Assembly: GCA_000708835.1 (NCBI GenBank)
Contig: DF237244.1
Coordinates: forward strand, 1 to 64,000
DNA: 64,000 nucleotides
Source: Klebsormidium nitens
Lineage: Eukaryota > Plantae > Klebsormidiophyceae
Direction: 5' to 3'
Position 1 is the first letter of the stretch; every line of letters starts with the position of its first letter. A program made the position numbers and the translations under genes. Below are positions 48,517 through 62,347 of the stretch, piece after piece. Below the pieces are notes generated by a model that saw only the letters and a program-made list of their open reading frames with translations, ran no database searches and was not told the DNA's origin.

Positions 48517-51500
48517 ATGGCTCGTGTACTGTTCCTTCTGGCTGCCCTGGCGCTTATTCACACTGCCACAGCCCAGCAGATGACAATGGGCGAGGACCTT
48601 CTCTCAGCTGGTGTGAACTCCACTTTCCTAACCACCCAGATGGTTAACTACACTGCAGATATTCCGCTCACGGTGAGTGCCGATCACCATTGGCGTGCTC
48701 AGAGTTTTTGTATGTTACAACAACTACGAAGAAATCTCAACTCTCAGTGATGCCATGTGGAGTAAGATCGACGCAAATGCAGTCTTGTTTCCTGAGAAAG
48801 TTGTGATTCTCAGGTGTGCACATAGTGCACATGTTGCTTTGGGCGTGAAGTCTTGTAGCCTCGTTCAGGATAAAGCCCAAGTATGTTTGGTTGAGGCATC
48901 TCTTGCGAAGAGTGGCTTTTTTGCGACTACAGATCAGGACATAGCTACAATCCAGTGCAACACGGCCTCGGATGACTCTTTAAGTGCACTTATTGCAAAA
49001 GCTTTTCTAGTCCCTCTGTGTCAAACGGCTTTGAATCTGCATCTTGTCAGATGCTGACCTCTGCTTTGCTTTGCTTTGCAGGCCTTCCTGGCCTATGACA
49101 ACAGCACCACTGCGCCCCGGCCCGCTGTCATCATTGTCCCTGACTGGGATGGCATTGGCGGGTACGAGATGTGGAGGGCCAAGTTGCTGGCTAACCTGGG
49201 TTACGTAGGTGGGTTACCGCCCATTGTTACTCAGAGGTGTTCTCACAATGGAAAGGATGCAGCTAGGCCTTTTGGTAAAGCGAGGGTTCTGCAGGTTTAA
49301 ATCAAGTTCGTCCGAACTGAGCATCATGATCATGAGTTATTGTCAGTCCCCACCTAAAACTCGGTCCCCCTAACCCCTAGCCCTTCAACCCCTAGCCCCT
49401 TTTAGAATGTCAATCCTCAGCCTCCTCACCCTCATCACTCAAGCCCTCAGCCACCCCTTACCATCAGCACCCTAACCCTCAATCCACTAACTCTCAGTCC
49501 GCCCAACCCCTTCGTCCCCTAACCCTCAGTCCCACTAACTCTTAGTTCCTTTTAGTCCCACCAATCAATGTGCAAGAAAATCAGTCCCAACAATCAATGT
49601 GCAACTTTTCTTGCAGCTATGGTGGCCGATGTGTACGGCTCCAACATCTCGCAGGGCCCCGCTCTGCCCACCTCCGTGCGGTCCTCCCTCCTGATGCCGC
49701 TCATGTCGAACCCCGCCCTCTTCCGGAGCCGCATGATTGCTGCCATCAACACGGTAGGGCAGGCACTGCCCTTGTCTCTTTCTGGGACAGCTTTGCGCCG
49801 TATGTTCTTTCAAGCTTTTATCAACAGAATTCCTTAAAGAGGAAGCTGGCTTAGATTTGTGGAGGGAAAATTTCAACACAAGGCTCTGCGAGGAGTCAGT
49901 TATAGTCACCTTTCGTGGGCGCAATTGAGACTGCACGCTTGTCACTTACCCTTAACGCCCACTGAAACCAAGCTTTGACTCGGCTTTGGACTCGTCTCGG
50001 TACGATCGTCTTTTGACTCGTCTTGGTACGAACAGCTATCAGGAGCCTGCTTGACTATTTCAAGTCTACTTGAGCCAATCTTTTGGTCTCAAATGACGCC
50101 TGGTCATTTTGCCCGGTAACAAGCTTCCCAGGAGGCCACTTTCAGGTGCAAGAACAAGCAAACAGTACGGATCCGAGACATTCAAATCTGATCAAAACAG
50201 TACCTCAATCTCCCATGATACTACGGTACATGCTAGTCATCTGGTGACCATCCCACAAGCAAAGGTATGACGGTTCGCTGACCTCACGTCTTCTTATCGC
50301 TTTGCAGGTGAAGACGCTTCCGATCACCAACACCAGCGCAATCGCCGCCATCGGCTACTGCTCCGGCGGAACCGGAATCATTGAGCTCTTGCGCGCTTAC
50401 CCCAACGGCACCGAGGGTCTTCGCGGTGAGTCTTGATAAATGTTGCGCACGTTTCTGACGCCCTTACAACTTTCGAGTGCTTTATTGACGACGCTCCATC
50501 AAGCGGGCTCAGAAATATGCAGCCGCCCTTTCGAGTCTGAAAGAATTGGTGGTGCGGCGCTCTATGAGATTCTCGAGTCATGAGCGAATCGTTGGGAAGC
50601 CACTGGGTAGTTGCACACCAGAGTGGTCCAGCATCCTCTGTTTGATGCCCTTGTACAACTCTTCAGGCTGTGTCTTTTTCCCAAGTGCACGTTTGACAAA
50701 GACACACGTTTTGGGGACTGAGAGCTGAGACGTTTACATCAAGCGGTTTCAAACCAAACCGGTCATTCTGCATTCTCGATGGCCTCCAATACCACGTTCA
50801 TCCGGCAATGGCGCACCAGTCTATTTTGTATATCTGTATTCTCCGTGAAGCTGGACTTTCTTCCTGAAAGCGCCACGGTTGGTCCGTGGGCGGCGCTTAC
50901 AAACCGACACACGGAACAGAGTATCCGAACTCGCTTCGATATGGCCGTCGAACTCTACCGTGTGTCCCGCAGGTGTGATGGGCTTCCACGCCGGCCGGCT
51001 GAACACCACCGGGACCAAGGCCGTGCCCAATAACCCCATCAAGCTGTCGCTCCAGAGCGGTGCCAAGGACGCGTCCGTCTCCGGAAAGGCGGAGATGGTC
51101 GTAAGTCCGCTTTTCCCGCCCTCCGACTCTTGTCTTGGTCACTGTTGACCTACGTTTTTTGAAACTTGCAGGCATCTTATGTTGTTGTCCAGTGGAACCT
51201 TTCGTCAGCTTTGGATCTTTTCAATGTCCTTTGCAACGCCTTATGCTGACAAGGCCAGTTTGTGCGGACTGATTTTGCCACCCTTTTTAAACTCTTCTGT
51301 TCTGTCAGGATTTCTCAGGTCGTGTTTCGGCCTCAGTGAGGACCCACGTCTGCAGAATTTGCCTTTCTTTTCTCTACTTGGCCTAATCCAAATTTCAACT
51401 CACACTGAATTTCCGCTGGCCTTCGCTTCTTCTTGTCAAACTGTCATCCTACCATTCTGCTTCGACATTGTACAAAATGTTACAGCTTTTCAAGTACAAG

Positions 51501-52290
51501 GAGACAACTTTCACGCCGCTGACATCACCGTCTACCCTCGCTTGCAGGCTGAGATGGACGCGGCTAACGTCACGTGGGAGTTCACCGACTATTCCAACAC
51601 TCTGCACTCCTTCACCAACCCCGCCACCAACGCGAGCGGAAACGTGAGCCCGCAATCTGGAATCTGCTTTTCGCTCTAGTTACTTCCGTTAAATGTCTCG
51701 CGATCTGGAGCCTGCTTTCCCCTTCCGATTGCTGCCTACTTTGGAGCGTGCTTTCCGATTTTCTTTCTGCCAATTCTGAGATTTGCTTCCGCTCTGCTTT
51801 CGCTTTCTTCTCTGGTTAATTGCGAACTCCTCTCCTGCAACCCTTCTGCCCGCACTCTGCTCTCTTGGGGAGTCTCCTTCTGCTCCATTCTGAGTTTTCT
51901 GGTCTGTTTCGGAGCTGGCTTCCCGCTCTAGTTTTGCTTGCTTCCGGCACTCAGATTATATATGAGGCCTTCGCGGGGGTGCGACCCTGTCGAAGTGTCG
52001 TTCGTCGGTTTGGAGTCGCCTCTTTTGTTCACCCGAACACATAGTGAGGGCAAAAAGTCCGTAGACGGTGTAATATCTACCAACTGTGAGTCTAGACCTT
52101 CAGGCGGGATTCTTTCGATGCTCGAGGCAGTGCTAACGCGCTTCTGTTCCTTTCTCTGCAGTCCGCCTACAACGCTCAGGCGGACATGCGCTCCTGGGCA
52201 TCCCTGCGCGTGTTCCTGAACGAGATCTTTGGATTCGTGCCTATGTCCAATATTTACACATACGCTATGGGCAACTCGCTGCCAAGATAA
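48517..52290 (+). CDS. Secreted dienelactone hydrolase family alpha/beta hydrolase (~7 exons)
   Basis: Signal peptide MARVLFLLAALALIHTATA; PAVIIVPDWDGIG; MVADVYG; nucleophile elbow GYCSGG; GFHAG; SGAKD; LHSFTNP; AYNAQADMRSW. Confidence 0.88.
49365..49560. repeat. Degenerate C-rich, telomere-like (ccctaa/ccctag) intronic tract
   Basis: Recurrent cccctaac, cccctagc and ccctcag units. Confidence 0.5.
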
Positions 52291-53567
52291 TTTGCCCGTA
52301 GTGCCGTCAGCTCGATGGCCTGAGGGCTACTTTTCCCCAACTTTCGAGACGGTTGATAAGCAGAGAAAAGGTTGAAAATTAGTCATGTTACAACATGTTG
52401 GGATAGGGGTGTGCGTAAGAACATTTTTTGAGGTCGGCTGCCACCAGGCACCGCTGCGACGCACATTGCTCGCAAACATTCTTGAGAAACGGTCATCTTC
52501 TGTGAATATCGACACTGATGAGAACTTGAACACGTCCAAACGGATCCGGATGTCTCCTCAAGGTTCAGGCCGGAGTCATGTCTTGACATCATTCAACGCG
52601 TAAGCCATAAACTTATACAATAAAGCAATGAGAACTCAGCTAACCAGAAAGCTTCCCCAAGAGATTGCTTGAGCTCGCATATTGGCTGCACTGGGATCGT
52701 TGTGTGCTGCGCACATGTGACGCAAGATTTCGCTACCAAGGCGCGCACAGCCAGGCGTCCAACTTCGGGCTGCCGCCTTGCACAGGCATATAGTTTGAGA
52801 GCTGATAAATTGATAAATCTGCGTTATGGGAATGGCGGCCGGCAAAGCTGGCGCGGCAATCCACCCGACTTTCCTCATGTTAAACATCTCCGGGGTATAT
52901 AACATGTTGGTAGGGACGCTGGATTAGCTACTTCCAAAGCAAAGGGCCCAACCAGTCATGCATGTACCTCAGAGTGCCACTGGCATGGTAGCTGTCAAAA
53001 CAAATTGCGATCAATTGGACGTGGGATTTCGAAATAATATTAAAGATTATGCACAAGAGAAATATGTGAACAGATGAGTCCAATACTGAAGCCCTGCAGA
53101 ACGCCAGAAAAGAATTGGTCGCCAGAACGTTTGTACTATTCCCAGGCATTCATTGACGAGCCGATATAATTGTGCTTAGGTTAGGAAGTGTAAGCTAAAG
53201 GGTCAGCTTTCAGAATGCGGAAATTTGGATGGCCAAACCGCAATTGGACTTCCCGGCTCAGGTCCAGCCGTTGTCATGGCAAAGAGCTTGGACACAAAAC
53301 AGTCAATATGGCGCTCGTATGATCGAGCAATTCCAAAAGCAAGTTCTCAACCTCGCCAACCTGCCAATTCCTAACTTCCAATGGACATCGCTAATCGCAG
53401 ACTCAGCAATACCTGGGTGAGAGAACAAGCTCATTAGCAAGCTAGAGTATATCGTTTACTCATTGTCAAATCTGTGTTCAGGGTATCTGTGCAGGTAAGT
53501 CGGAGCGTCATCTTTTCGACAGCTTGTCACTCCTTTTCTGATTGTTAATCGCTCGATATCGCTGTCT

Positions 53568-54974
53568 TCAATCAAACTCGATCGAACTTTTGTGGTCATT
53601 GGTACATGCGATGACGCCATCTCTGACGTAATCAGCATTTGAAATGTGGTTCCATCCTTCCATGTACGAAGACAGTGGCTCAAGCTTTCTGCAAAACTGT
53701 ATATCTACGAAATCAAGGGATGTCCACTCTCGATAACCCTCCGGAAGATTTTGAAGCATGGGCAAGTGGATCAGATCCAGGCTTTTCAGATCCTTCCATG
53801 CTCTGACAGTTTCAGGAAGGGAGGAGAAGGACGAACAGGCGATGATCCACAATATTTTCAAGTTCCTCCATTCTCCCACAAGCTCCGGCAAGCTTCGAAG
53901 AGCAGGGCAAGAGAATATCGTACACTTCTCTAGGAGCTTCCAATTCCCCACTGCCTCCGGCAGAGACACAGTCGCGTCGCTCGAGTGCAACTTGAAATGT
54001 TTAAGCCGTTTCCAGCCTCCCACGTAGCTTGAGAGCTCAAATTGCTCGTGCAGCCTTACGAGTTCTGCTCTCTCCAAACGGTTCCATTCAACCACAGTTG
54101 GTGGCAACTTTTTGAGCTTCTCGCAGTCACTCAGCTCGAGGTTGCGTAGGTTCTTCCAGGCTCCGATCTCGTCAGGAAGAGTTTCCAGACTGGATGCAGT
54201 GGACAAGTTGAGCGTCTCAAGCCGCGTCCAGAGTCCCACTTCCTTTGGTAGCGTTCTCAGCCCCTCAAAGTTTTCCAGAGACAGCTCCCTGAGTTGCGTC
54301 CATTCTCCAACTTCTTTTGGTAACTCCTCCACCATAGGGCACCATTGCAAATCTATATGAGTTAGCATCGACCAATTTCGAACTGCTTTTGGGAAGGATT
54401 CCACTCGTTCGCAGTCGTAGATGATTAGCCGCCTCAGGTGCGGCCAACATCCGACTTCCTCCGGAAGCCCGTCAAGAACTGAATCCGAATTGAAAACGTG
54501 CAAGCTCTCTAGGATCTCCCAATTTGCAAGGCTTTCTGGCAGGCTAAAATTTGCACAAATTTCCCATTGCTCATGCTTGGCACCCCTAACCGGCCGCCTG
54601 CAACATCGCAGTTCAAGATGCTTAACAGCCCTGCCAAGATTGTCCTCTTCCATCACCCGGCTGCTATTACAGCAGCAGAAGGAGAAGCTCTCTGCGTTCG
54701 GAAAGAGCGTCAGCAGCCGACTGCCACGCAGCCCCATGTCGTCCTCCGCACGAGGGCCCCTCCGACACCTGACGCGGACCCTCTTGGCTGCCGTCCTCCC
54801 AATCTCGCACCACGTCTTGCATACCTCTGTGAAGCTTCGAAGGTCCTGAGACGACCAGATCGCGTTGCGTTCCTGTGTTTGTTCAACAAGCATGGCTATA
54901 TGAAGAAGGACATCTGTCGGAAGGCAGCTGATATCGCTGTCAGAACCGTTCTGGTGGCCAACAGGAAGTGCCAT
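53568..54974 (-). CDS. Intronless F-box + LRR protein (468 aa)
   Basis: F-box-like ISCLPTDVLLHIAML..LRSFTEVCKTW; ~10 24-aa LRRs of type LPxxVGxWxxLxxLxLxxC. Confidence 0.85.
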   Translation of the reverse strand: MALPVGHQNGSDSDISCLPTDVLLHIAMLVEQTQERNAIWSSQDLRSFTEVCKTWCEIGRTAAKRVRVRCRRGPRAEDDMGLRGSRLLTLFPNAESFSFCCCNSSRVMEEDNLGRAVKHLELRCCRRPVRGAKHEQWEICANFSLPESLANWEILESLHVFNSDSVLDGLPEEVGCWPHLRRLIIYDCERVESFPKAVRNWSMLTHIDLQWCPMVEELPKEVGEWTQLRELSLENFEGLRTLPKEVGLWTRLETLNLSTASSLETLPDEIGAWKNLRNLELSDCEKLKKLPPTVVEWNRLERAELVRLHEQFELSSYVGGWKRLKHFKLHSSDATVSLPEAVGNWKLLEKCTIFSCPALRSLPELVGEWRNLKILWIIACSSFSSLPETVRAWKDLKSLDLIHLPMLQNLPEGYREWTSLDFVDIQFCRKLEPLSSYMEGWNHISNADYVRDGVIACTNDHKSSIEFD

Positions 54975-56428
54975 TGTCTTTCGAGTGGCCTATTCTATCA
55001 GTATTCTAGGGGCGGTCGCGTATGCCGAGCGGCGCCTTCTTCACTGTGCTGTTCAAATGGATCACGCTCACGAAGCCCCAAACCACGAAAGCTGAAGGAG
55101 CCGCGGGCGGCTGCGCGTGCCGCTCCTCGCTTGAAAGTCAGCACTGCAAATCTAATGCTGGTAACGTCACCCTTTTGGTCAAAATTGGCGCCTTCAGCAG
55201 CTCAGGCTGGACTTCCAACGCTCGTCGGGCCCGGAGCGATGATGTTTGATCGAAGGCACAAGCAATTCATTATTCCTCTTATGCCGTCACGTCTCTGGCA
55301 GTGAATCAGCAGGCTTCTCAATTCCGCGCCGGCACCGGACTTCAAGCATTCTTACTTTCTCGAGACAGGCGCATATACATGTCAAACTTCGTCAGAGTCG
55401 CTTGCAGGGTTGATGCTATACGTGTTCTTGCAGCCTGCATGCGCCACAGCATCATGATGGCTGATGTATGTCTGTAATGATGAGGTCGAATTTGATTGCG
55501 GTCGGATCGATCCGACTCGTTATGAATAGTCGTGGAGGTATGCGAGACCATTTTCTGATACTCAATGTGCGCGTCCATGGAAAGCCAGGCTATTACAACG
55601 GCATGATGCATGGACTGAGTGGCGGCAATTGAAAGACAATGTACTTCCCTTTCTCATATACTGCACCACTGCCCAGCCGCCGCGCTGCTGAAACAGACTC
55701 TAACGTTGCTCAACATCATGCAGGCTCCAGAAAGCAGACTACGAATGATGATCGATTCATTGCAGGACCCTTCGACTGCCACGCACATTTGCGCAGCTTT
55801 CGACTTCTATGTCACACCAATCCACCCAGTCAAACCAATAGCCTTCAGACCGTCACAATCTTCGATGCATTTCAACCAGCCGGGCATGATCCAAGTCAGC
55901 GAGGGAATGGACATTGAACGACAGGACATGGATAGCTACAGATCACAGAACCTTGTTCCAGCCTTTATGCAGATGTCCATTTACGAAAGGGCATAATATC
56001 ATCACCGCCAATTTAGTTGTGATTGGGTAAGCTGTCGTTATACTAGGTTTGGTGACTGATTTAGCGAATGCAATGATCGTTTTGCTAAGGTAGCTAGACG
56101 TTCGAAATTCAAACATCGATTCCCGTGTATGCAATGGAAACCTAGGGCCCATGTGGCTACGAGGTTTGGAAAGAGAACATCATCATCTGACTGCAGAGAT
56201 CGACCTCAAGGAGGCAAGCTGACCACTGATTCCAGTCGGACTGCAAATACTCGAAAAAATGTAAAGGAACGCTGGCTGTAACCACTGACAGTGTTGACGA
56301 CGCACACTCCGACTGCTCTCTCCAACATGATGCTCGTATATTCACCTCAAAAGAAAGCCGTGCACCCTCCCGCTGTACAAGCTCGTCAGAGCAATAGCTA
56401 TAGAATCTCCACGCGGCTGATCCTGTTT

Positions 56429-59400
56429 CTACCGTGTCGTGCGCTTCATCATTTCAGGCGCCCCGGGATTGATCCCTAGCAGCATGTTCCCCCCGCTGGG
56501 CAGGTATGCCACGTTAGGCGTCTGGGCGAGCGTGCCCGCAATCTCCCGGGCTGCCTCGATTCTTCTCAGCTCAATCAGGCCGGAACCAGCGCTCGCGGTA
56601 GCCTCTGAGATCTGGGGGGAGAATTGGGCAAACAAGTCAGAGACAAACTGTGCCCTTAAAACTCGGAGCTGATAAACAAGATTCGAGAATTGAATTCTTA
56701 CTAAGCGCCGACTGCAAAGGAAGCGGCTAGCGGGCGAACACCGAGAATCCTAGCCTGGATGTCTACATTGACACACATAAAGCCTAGCCTAACGCCGATG
56801 CGCAAATGCCGGGGCGCAGACAGAAATGCCGCCGCAGAGCTTGAGAGCACCAATTCCCTTAACCCCATACGATTTACGTCCGACACACAAATAAATCGTC
56901 GGTTGGCAAAACTCTCGAGGCTTGTACCCAACAGCGTTCTGACCTACGTAAGCTGGTCAAAGGCAGAATGCGCACACGTCGAGCCGCTGAAGGAAAAGCG
57001 GCCTCCAGGATGAGGGGCTAAAACACTAAAAACCTAAAGAGCTGAAAACCTCACCAGTCGCGCTGCCTCGCTCTCTCCCTCCGCCCTGATGACAGCCGCG
57101 CGCTTCTCCTGCTCGGCCTTCATGACAACGAACTTCGACCGCTCCGCCTCCTGTTGGGCTGCAAGCACAAAGGGAAAGCACGCTCAGCACATGTGCGCCC
57201 TTTGCAACGTCTGGCTTACAGAACTCAAGGATTTGGGTCGTTTTAAGACGTCCACACCTTCTGAGACGTTTGGGCCTTGCACAAGTGGATTCGGACCGCT
57301 CCGGCTCCTGTTCGGCTGCAACAACGGCGACACAATAAACCACGTCCAAAACGCCTATATTTTGAAACTCGTTCGTTGGTCTGCAGCTTATCTCCGGTCT
57401 GCGGGTTGCAGAGTTTCAGGAGCTTCAAGGTTGTTCCTCCCCAGACACGCAGCCATCATAAAAGGCGAATGTCGTTTCAATCATGCCCAACGGCAGGCTC
57501 TTCATTTCTTATTTCTTTAGGTTAACCAAAAGGTCAGGTCGCGGAAGACACTCCGTGAAGGATGAGAGAATGGACGGAGAATGGAACCGCCGCTCGAAAG
57601 TGGTCAACTCCAGCAGGAAACGAAAGTGCAAAGACACGGAATTTCAAGAATGAGGCCACCCTCTTATTCTGGGGACAAGAAGAGCCTGCACAAGCTCTGT
57701 TCCCGTTGACTACTCTGCGTCTCTGATCAATGGAAGTGTGGCATTGTGCCTCCTCTGAAGGTGCAAGAGCCAATCGTTGAGCCCAAAAGAACTGTTTGCG
57801 ATCGTGCATCGAACATCGAGAGTTGCATATATCAGATAAGCTGAAGACTTTGCTCGCTGATCAGGAATATGAACTCACGCTTCGCAATCTGGACAGACTT
57901 CATCGGCTAGAGTGAGGGTTGGACAAGTCTTCGGACGCACAAGCTCCAACGTAACCCTTACTGAGAAGAGGGACAAAGCATTTCTAAAAGCTTACCGACT
58001 TGCTTCGCCTCAATGGCTCGTGAGAACTCTTGCCCGAAAGAAAGGTGTGTCTGCAGGGGGACAGGGAGAGCATCAGAAAGATGCAAAGAGGACGCCCGCC
58101 GCCCTGCGCGCTGTGCGTAAATACCTCTGTTTGCAAACTCTTGAAAGAGGTGACTGTCCACCTAGAAGAGAATAACTGCTCTCCCACCTTATCTACATGA
58201 TAAACTTTCTTTTCAAGCACAGTAAACCAGTGTTCAAAGTTGACCTGTGCCCACGACCCGCCAATCGCTGATGGACTCGGCTTATCTCCCCATAACCTTT
58301 ACACAGCGCTGCACGCAATCTGCCTCACACACTACCGCGACAAACCAGACGGAGGCACTCTTAACCTGGATCACCGGTGCGTTTCAGGAACGTGAAGACG
58401 GATGCAAAGTTGGAGCAGAGCCAAGGAGTAATGCAAGCGAGCTCACAATAGCAACGTCGTCAAGAAGAATGTTGAAGTCCTTAGCCCGCATGACCAGGCT
58501 CTCACGGACCAGCTTGGACACCTGCAGGGAAGCCCGGACGTCTATTAGCACTGGAATCACGTCAGCACTCGTGACCATACGGAACGCCTTCAGTATGTTT
58601 GTTGGCGGACATAGTCGGGGCCAAGGAGGTGAAACGCTGTCGAACCCCTCCATGATTTATTTTTGATTTGTAACGCTGCGATGTCGAGTATTGCGACCTC
58701 CTGCACTCCTTAGTGTAACAGCGGTGCTGGACAACTTCCTCACTCTCAAAATCTTTCCCCAGACCTTTTTGAAGCGAAAATCTGCCGTATCTCTCTCAAT
58801 GTATGAGATCAATACTTCAGCCGAGATGACGCCCGCTGTGACATCGGCTCTTGAAGCGGTCCAACACTGGACGACTTCAACGAGCAAGCGGTGGACATCT
58901 TATAGACTGCATTCATTCCCAATCAACTTCGGCTGGTCGTCAGCGAGACGATTCTTAAATGTCATCCCCGTCTCAACTGAGCATCGAGTCGACACATTTC
59001 AGCGTTCGTCCGGACCGGATGAGGCTCTGCAAGCTTCAAAAATGCGAAAGCAACGTTTCTTTATGTAGGCGGCCCCCTGTTGAGCGGGCAACCCCAAATA
59101 CAGTACATGGGCACCATGCCGGCAAATCCTTCGGATGAGCATAGCGTTTCGCCGACGAGGAGGTCCCCTTGCAAATTGACCCAAAAGCCCATCTTAACAC
59201 TGAAGTAACGAGATAGAACGTACGGTGCACCAACAGGATCTGCGTGAACCTCAGAGAATACCCTTTCGTAACAGGGGGCAAGGCGGCTCAAATAACGCGG
59301 ACTGAAAGAGCTCCGTCAGACCCTACATGTATCTCCTTTCTCTCGCTCCCTTCAGGGGCGGGCGGAAACAATGACAACCATAGACACCGGGGGCATTTTT

Positions 59401-62347
59401 GCACCAGGGGTTGACTTACATAAGGACGCTCCGTCAGCAGCTGGTCCGCATTGAACTGAGCCTGCACGAGACAAGGGATAATATGTTGATTGATTGCCTA
59501 TGTGCGTTGAAGAACCGTCGAAGAAGAGCAGATGCCCCATCAGGAACGTCCTGCAACAACTTTGGTTCTGATGAGCACGCAACTCGGGAGTGGTCGACCT
59601 TGAATTTGACCGCCATAATTTGCCGACAGACTAGCGTTGAAGACTCGTGGTAGTACTGGTATGAGAAGCAAAAGCGGGCCAAAGGGAGCCTTTGACGCGG
59701 AATCTCGGGTCATATCACCAGCACGGAAACTCTTCGAGGAAGAGGGCAGTTCAAGAAAAAGTCCGTGACGACCGTGAGGGGTCTCGTTCCAAAGTAAGGC
59801 GACGGAGCCCCTTACGACAACGAACGAAACTCAGCCGACAAGATCATCCATAACCACCGCAGCCTACAACTTCTACTTCCAAGGCAGCATCCTTCCTTCG
59901 GAGGAAAAAGCGCTCATACTCAAGGAATGCAGCATCGCTTCCCAGCAAGGTGCGCTCAGAGGGAAAGAAAGACAGAAATGAGAAGGTGGTGAGCAAAAGG
60001 ACCCACCACGACGGCCTTGAGGACTTCGTTTCCGATCGACGGCAGCACGCGCTCGTCGTAGTCAACGCCCAGCGTTGTGAAGATGCGAGGCAGGCGGTCT
60101 ACGTCTGGCTTGGAGAGCACGCGCAGCGTCAGGTTGACCATCTGAAGATCTGCGCGAAACCAACGAAAGACAATCTCAGATGATGACCCACAAGCAGCGG
60201 GCGGGACTAGAAGATGTGCACAGCGGGGGAGTCGCGACAGGGGAAAGGAGGTTGTTGGAGCTCGCGCAGCGTCAGGTTGCCCATCATAATGTGCACAAAT
60301 GACCAAAGAGATATTTTCTCAGGTGATGACCCACAAGCAGCGGGCGCGCCACAAAAGATGTGCACAGCGGAGGAACTGCAAATGGGAAAAGGAGGCTCTT
60401 TGAGAGCACGCCCAGCGTCAGGTTGACCATCTGGAGATCTGCGCAAAGACCCGAGGCGATCTCAGATGACGCTTGGAAAGTGTGCACAGTAAGAAAAATT
60501 GGTGGAGTCTGGAATGAACGAGTGTGAATGAGCAGTGCTGTCGCAGCATTGGGTTCACCATCTGCAAGTCTACACAGAAACAAAAGACGATTGCACCAGT
60601 GGCGGGTGCAATTGAACAATGTGCACACTGTCAAGAGTTGGTATTGTCGAGAATGAAGGAGAGTGAATGAGCGGTGCTTTCGGAGCGATGAAACACTAAC
60701 AGGCTCTATGAATTAATTATCCCGCATCCGAGGAGTATGTGGAGCGCTCGTTCAGGATCTTGCTGATCATGGGCACTGATGGCCTTCAGCAGCAAGCGGC
60801 ACAACCATTTGGGAATGAGCACGACATTGCGAGCTCACGGGATCCTCCGCTACTTCATTTAGGGGCAAAGAGAAGATCGGTGGGCACGGACGTGTGCTGA
60901 AGAAAGGAGAGGGCGAGCAGAGCACAAGTGCCGTCAGTTCAAGGATAACCGAGAACAAGATGCTGAAAAAAGGCGAAGGCGCGAAGAGCACAAGTGCCGT
61001 CAGTTCAAAGACAACCGAGAAGCAGGTAAAGTAGGACTCGTAAGAGGAATGAAAACCAAGTTGGAGGCCACCATAGAGACAGCGCACCTTTTGTACCGGT
61101 GACTGAGGTGATGGAGCGCGGGCGTGTGCGGACTTCAAAGATGTAGGGCTTTTGCAGTACGGGGATGAGGAAGTGCGTGCCCTCGCCCACCGTCTGGTCC
61201 TTCACTCCGACGAGACGATCGAAGATGACCGCACGCTCACCTCCATCAACTGCAGGTAAAGAGACATACTAAATCACATGTTCCAAATGCAGTCAAAGAA
61301 ACCTGCAAGACAGGCGGACACTTTCTGTTCGATTGACCGGAAACAAAAGCGGCATCAAAGTAGATTATTGTCGGGGTGAACGGCACGCTCGCTCTGAAGG
61401 CAGCAATCAAACATAGACTAAACGGCCAGGTGAGCCAACTCGCAGTGAATTTCGTCAAGTTTTGAGCAAGTGTTGCTAGCCACAGGTCGAAGCAGACAAG
61501 GCGCCACCAAAGAAAACCCAAGGCACAAACGTCATGTTACAGTGGATGACTTGATATGTTAGTTGCTTGACAAATTTCTACATTTGATTACAGACCTAGC
61601 GCGCAACTACCACTGCAGAGTACATCACAGGGACGCCAAACACGAATTTCTTTGAAGACTTACATTCGACGAAACTTTTCGACATCTAGATCCGTAACTG
61701 CTAGCAAAACCCAAGACGATGGGCGTGTCGCTTTTAATAACTCTGCCAAAAGCAGTCGTGCTGCTTTTATAACACCTTATGGGCGTTTGCCAAAGTAACT
61801 CGCAGAATCGTCTTTTAAACATTCCGTTGAAGATATCAGCAGACCAGATTGACACAACACACAACTCGGGGATTTTGTCGGGCGAATCAATCTACAAAAG
61901 CCTGTCCTTCCTGTCAAAACGCCAGTTACCATTACCGTTGAGAGAAGGGGATGTGTAGTTGGTCCATCCATGCAGATTTGAGAAGACATTTCCAGTAGGT
62001 ATCATGCTAAATACAGGATTACATCTGCCGGACTTGGGATTTCGTACAACGCATACCACTCTTGCATCAGTACTACACAATCCTTCTGAACACCTGACAG
62101 AGAAGCTTGGTGTGACCGAAACGGCACACAATAAACTCAAACTCCAGACTCAACTTGGACCAGCCCTGTTGCGCCCGTGAGGTGCAGCACACCATAGATC
62201 ACAAGCACACTTTGCAGAGGCACCATTTCTTCCAAGGGATGCGCACTCACCTGTGTAAAGGGACGCTTGCAGAGCGCTCCCACCAATTCCTACAAGCACT
62301 CCCAGCTGGCCCAAACGAGAGAGGAAGGTGCCTGCACCAGCGGCCAT
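56429..62347 (-). CDS. PHB: Type-I prohibitin (PHB1/PHB3-like)
   Basis: Exons encode [21 protein letters not shown]; [33 protein letters not shown]; [13 protein letters not shown]; [10 protein letters not shown]; [17 protein letters not shown]; [12 protein letters not shown]; [14 protein letters not shown]. Confidence 0.95.
60255..60575 (-). repeat. Degenerate acceptor/exon-start duplicates in a PHB intron (~130-150-bp units)
   Basis: Copies of cag|atcttcagatggtcaacctgacgctgcgc at ~60262-60295, 60407-60450, 60545-60570; real exon starts at 60149. Confidence 0.8.
60919..61022. repeat. 66-bp-spaced tandem duplication in a PHB intron
   Basis: agagcacaagtgccgtcagttcaa(g/a)ga(t/c)aaccgagaa at 60919 and 60985. 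Confidence 0.85.

Noticed and set aside
54567-55304. 245-aa plus-strand ORF
   Set aside because: Antisense overlap with the F-box-LRR gene; no motifs
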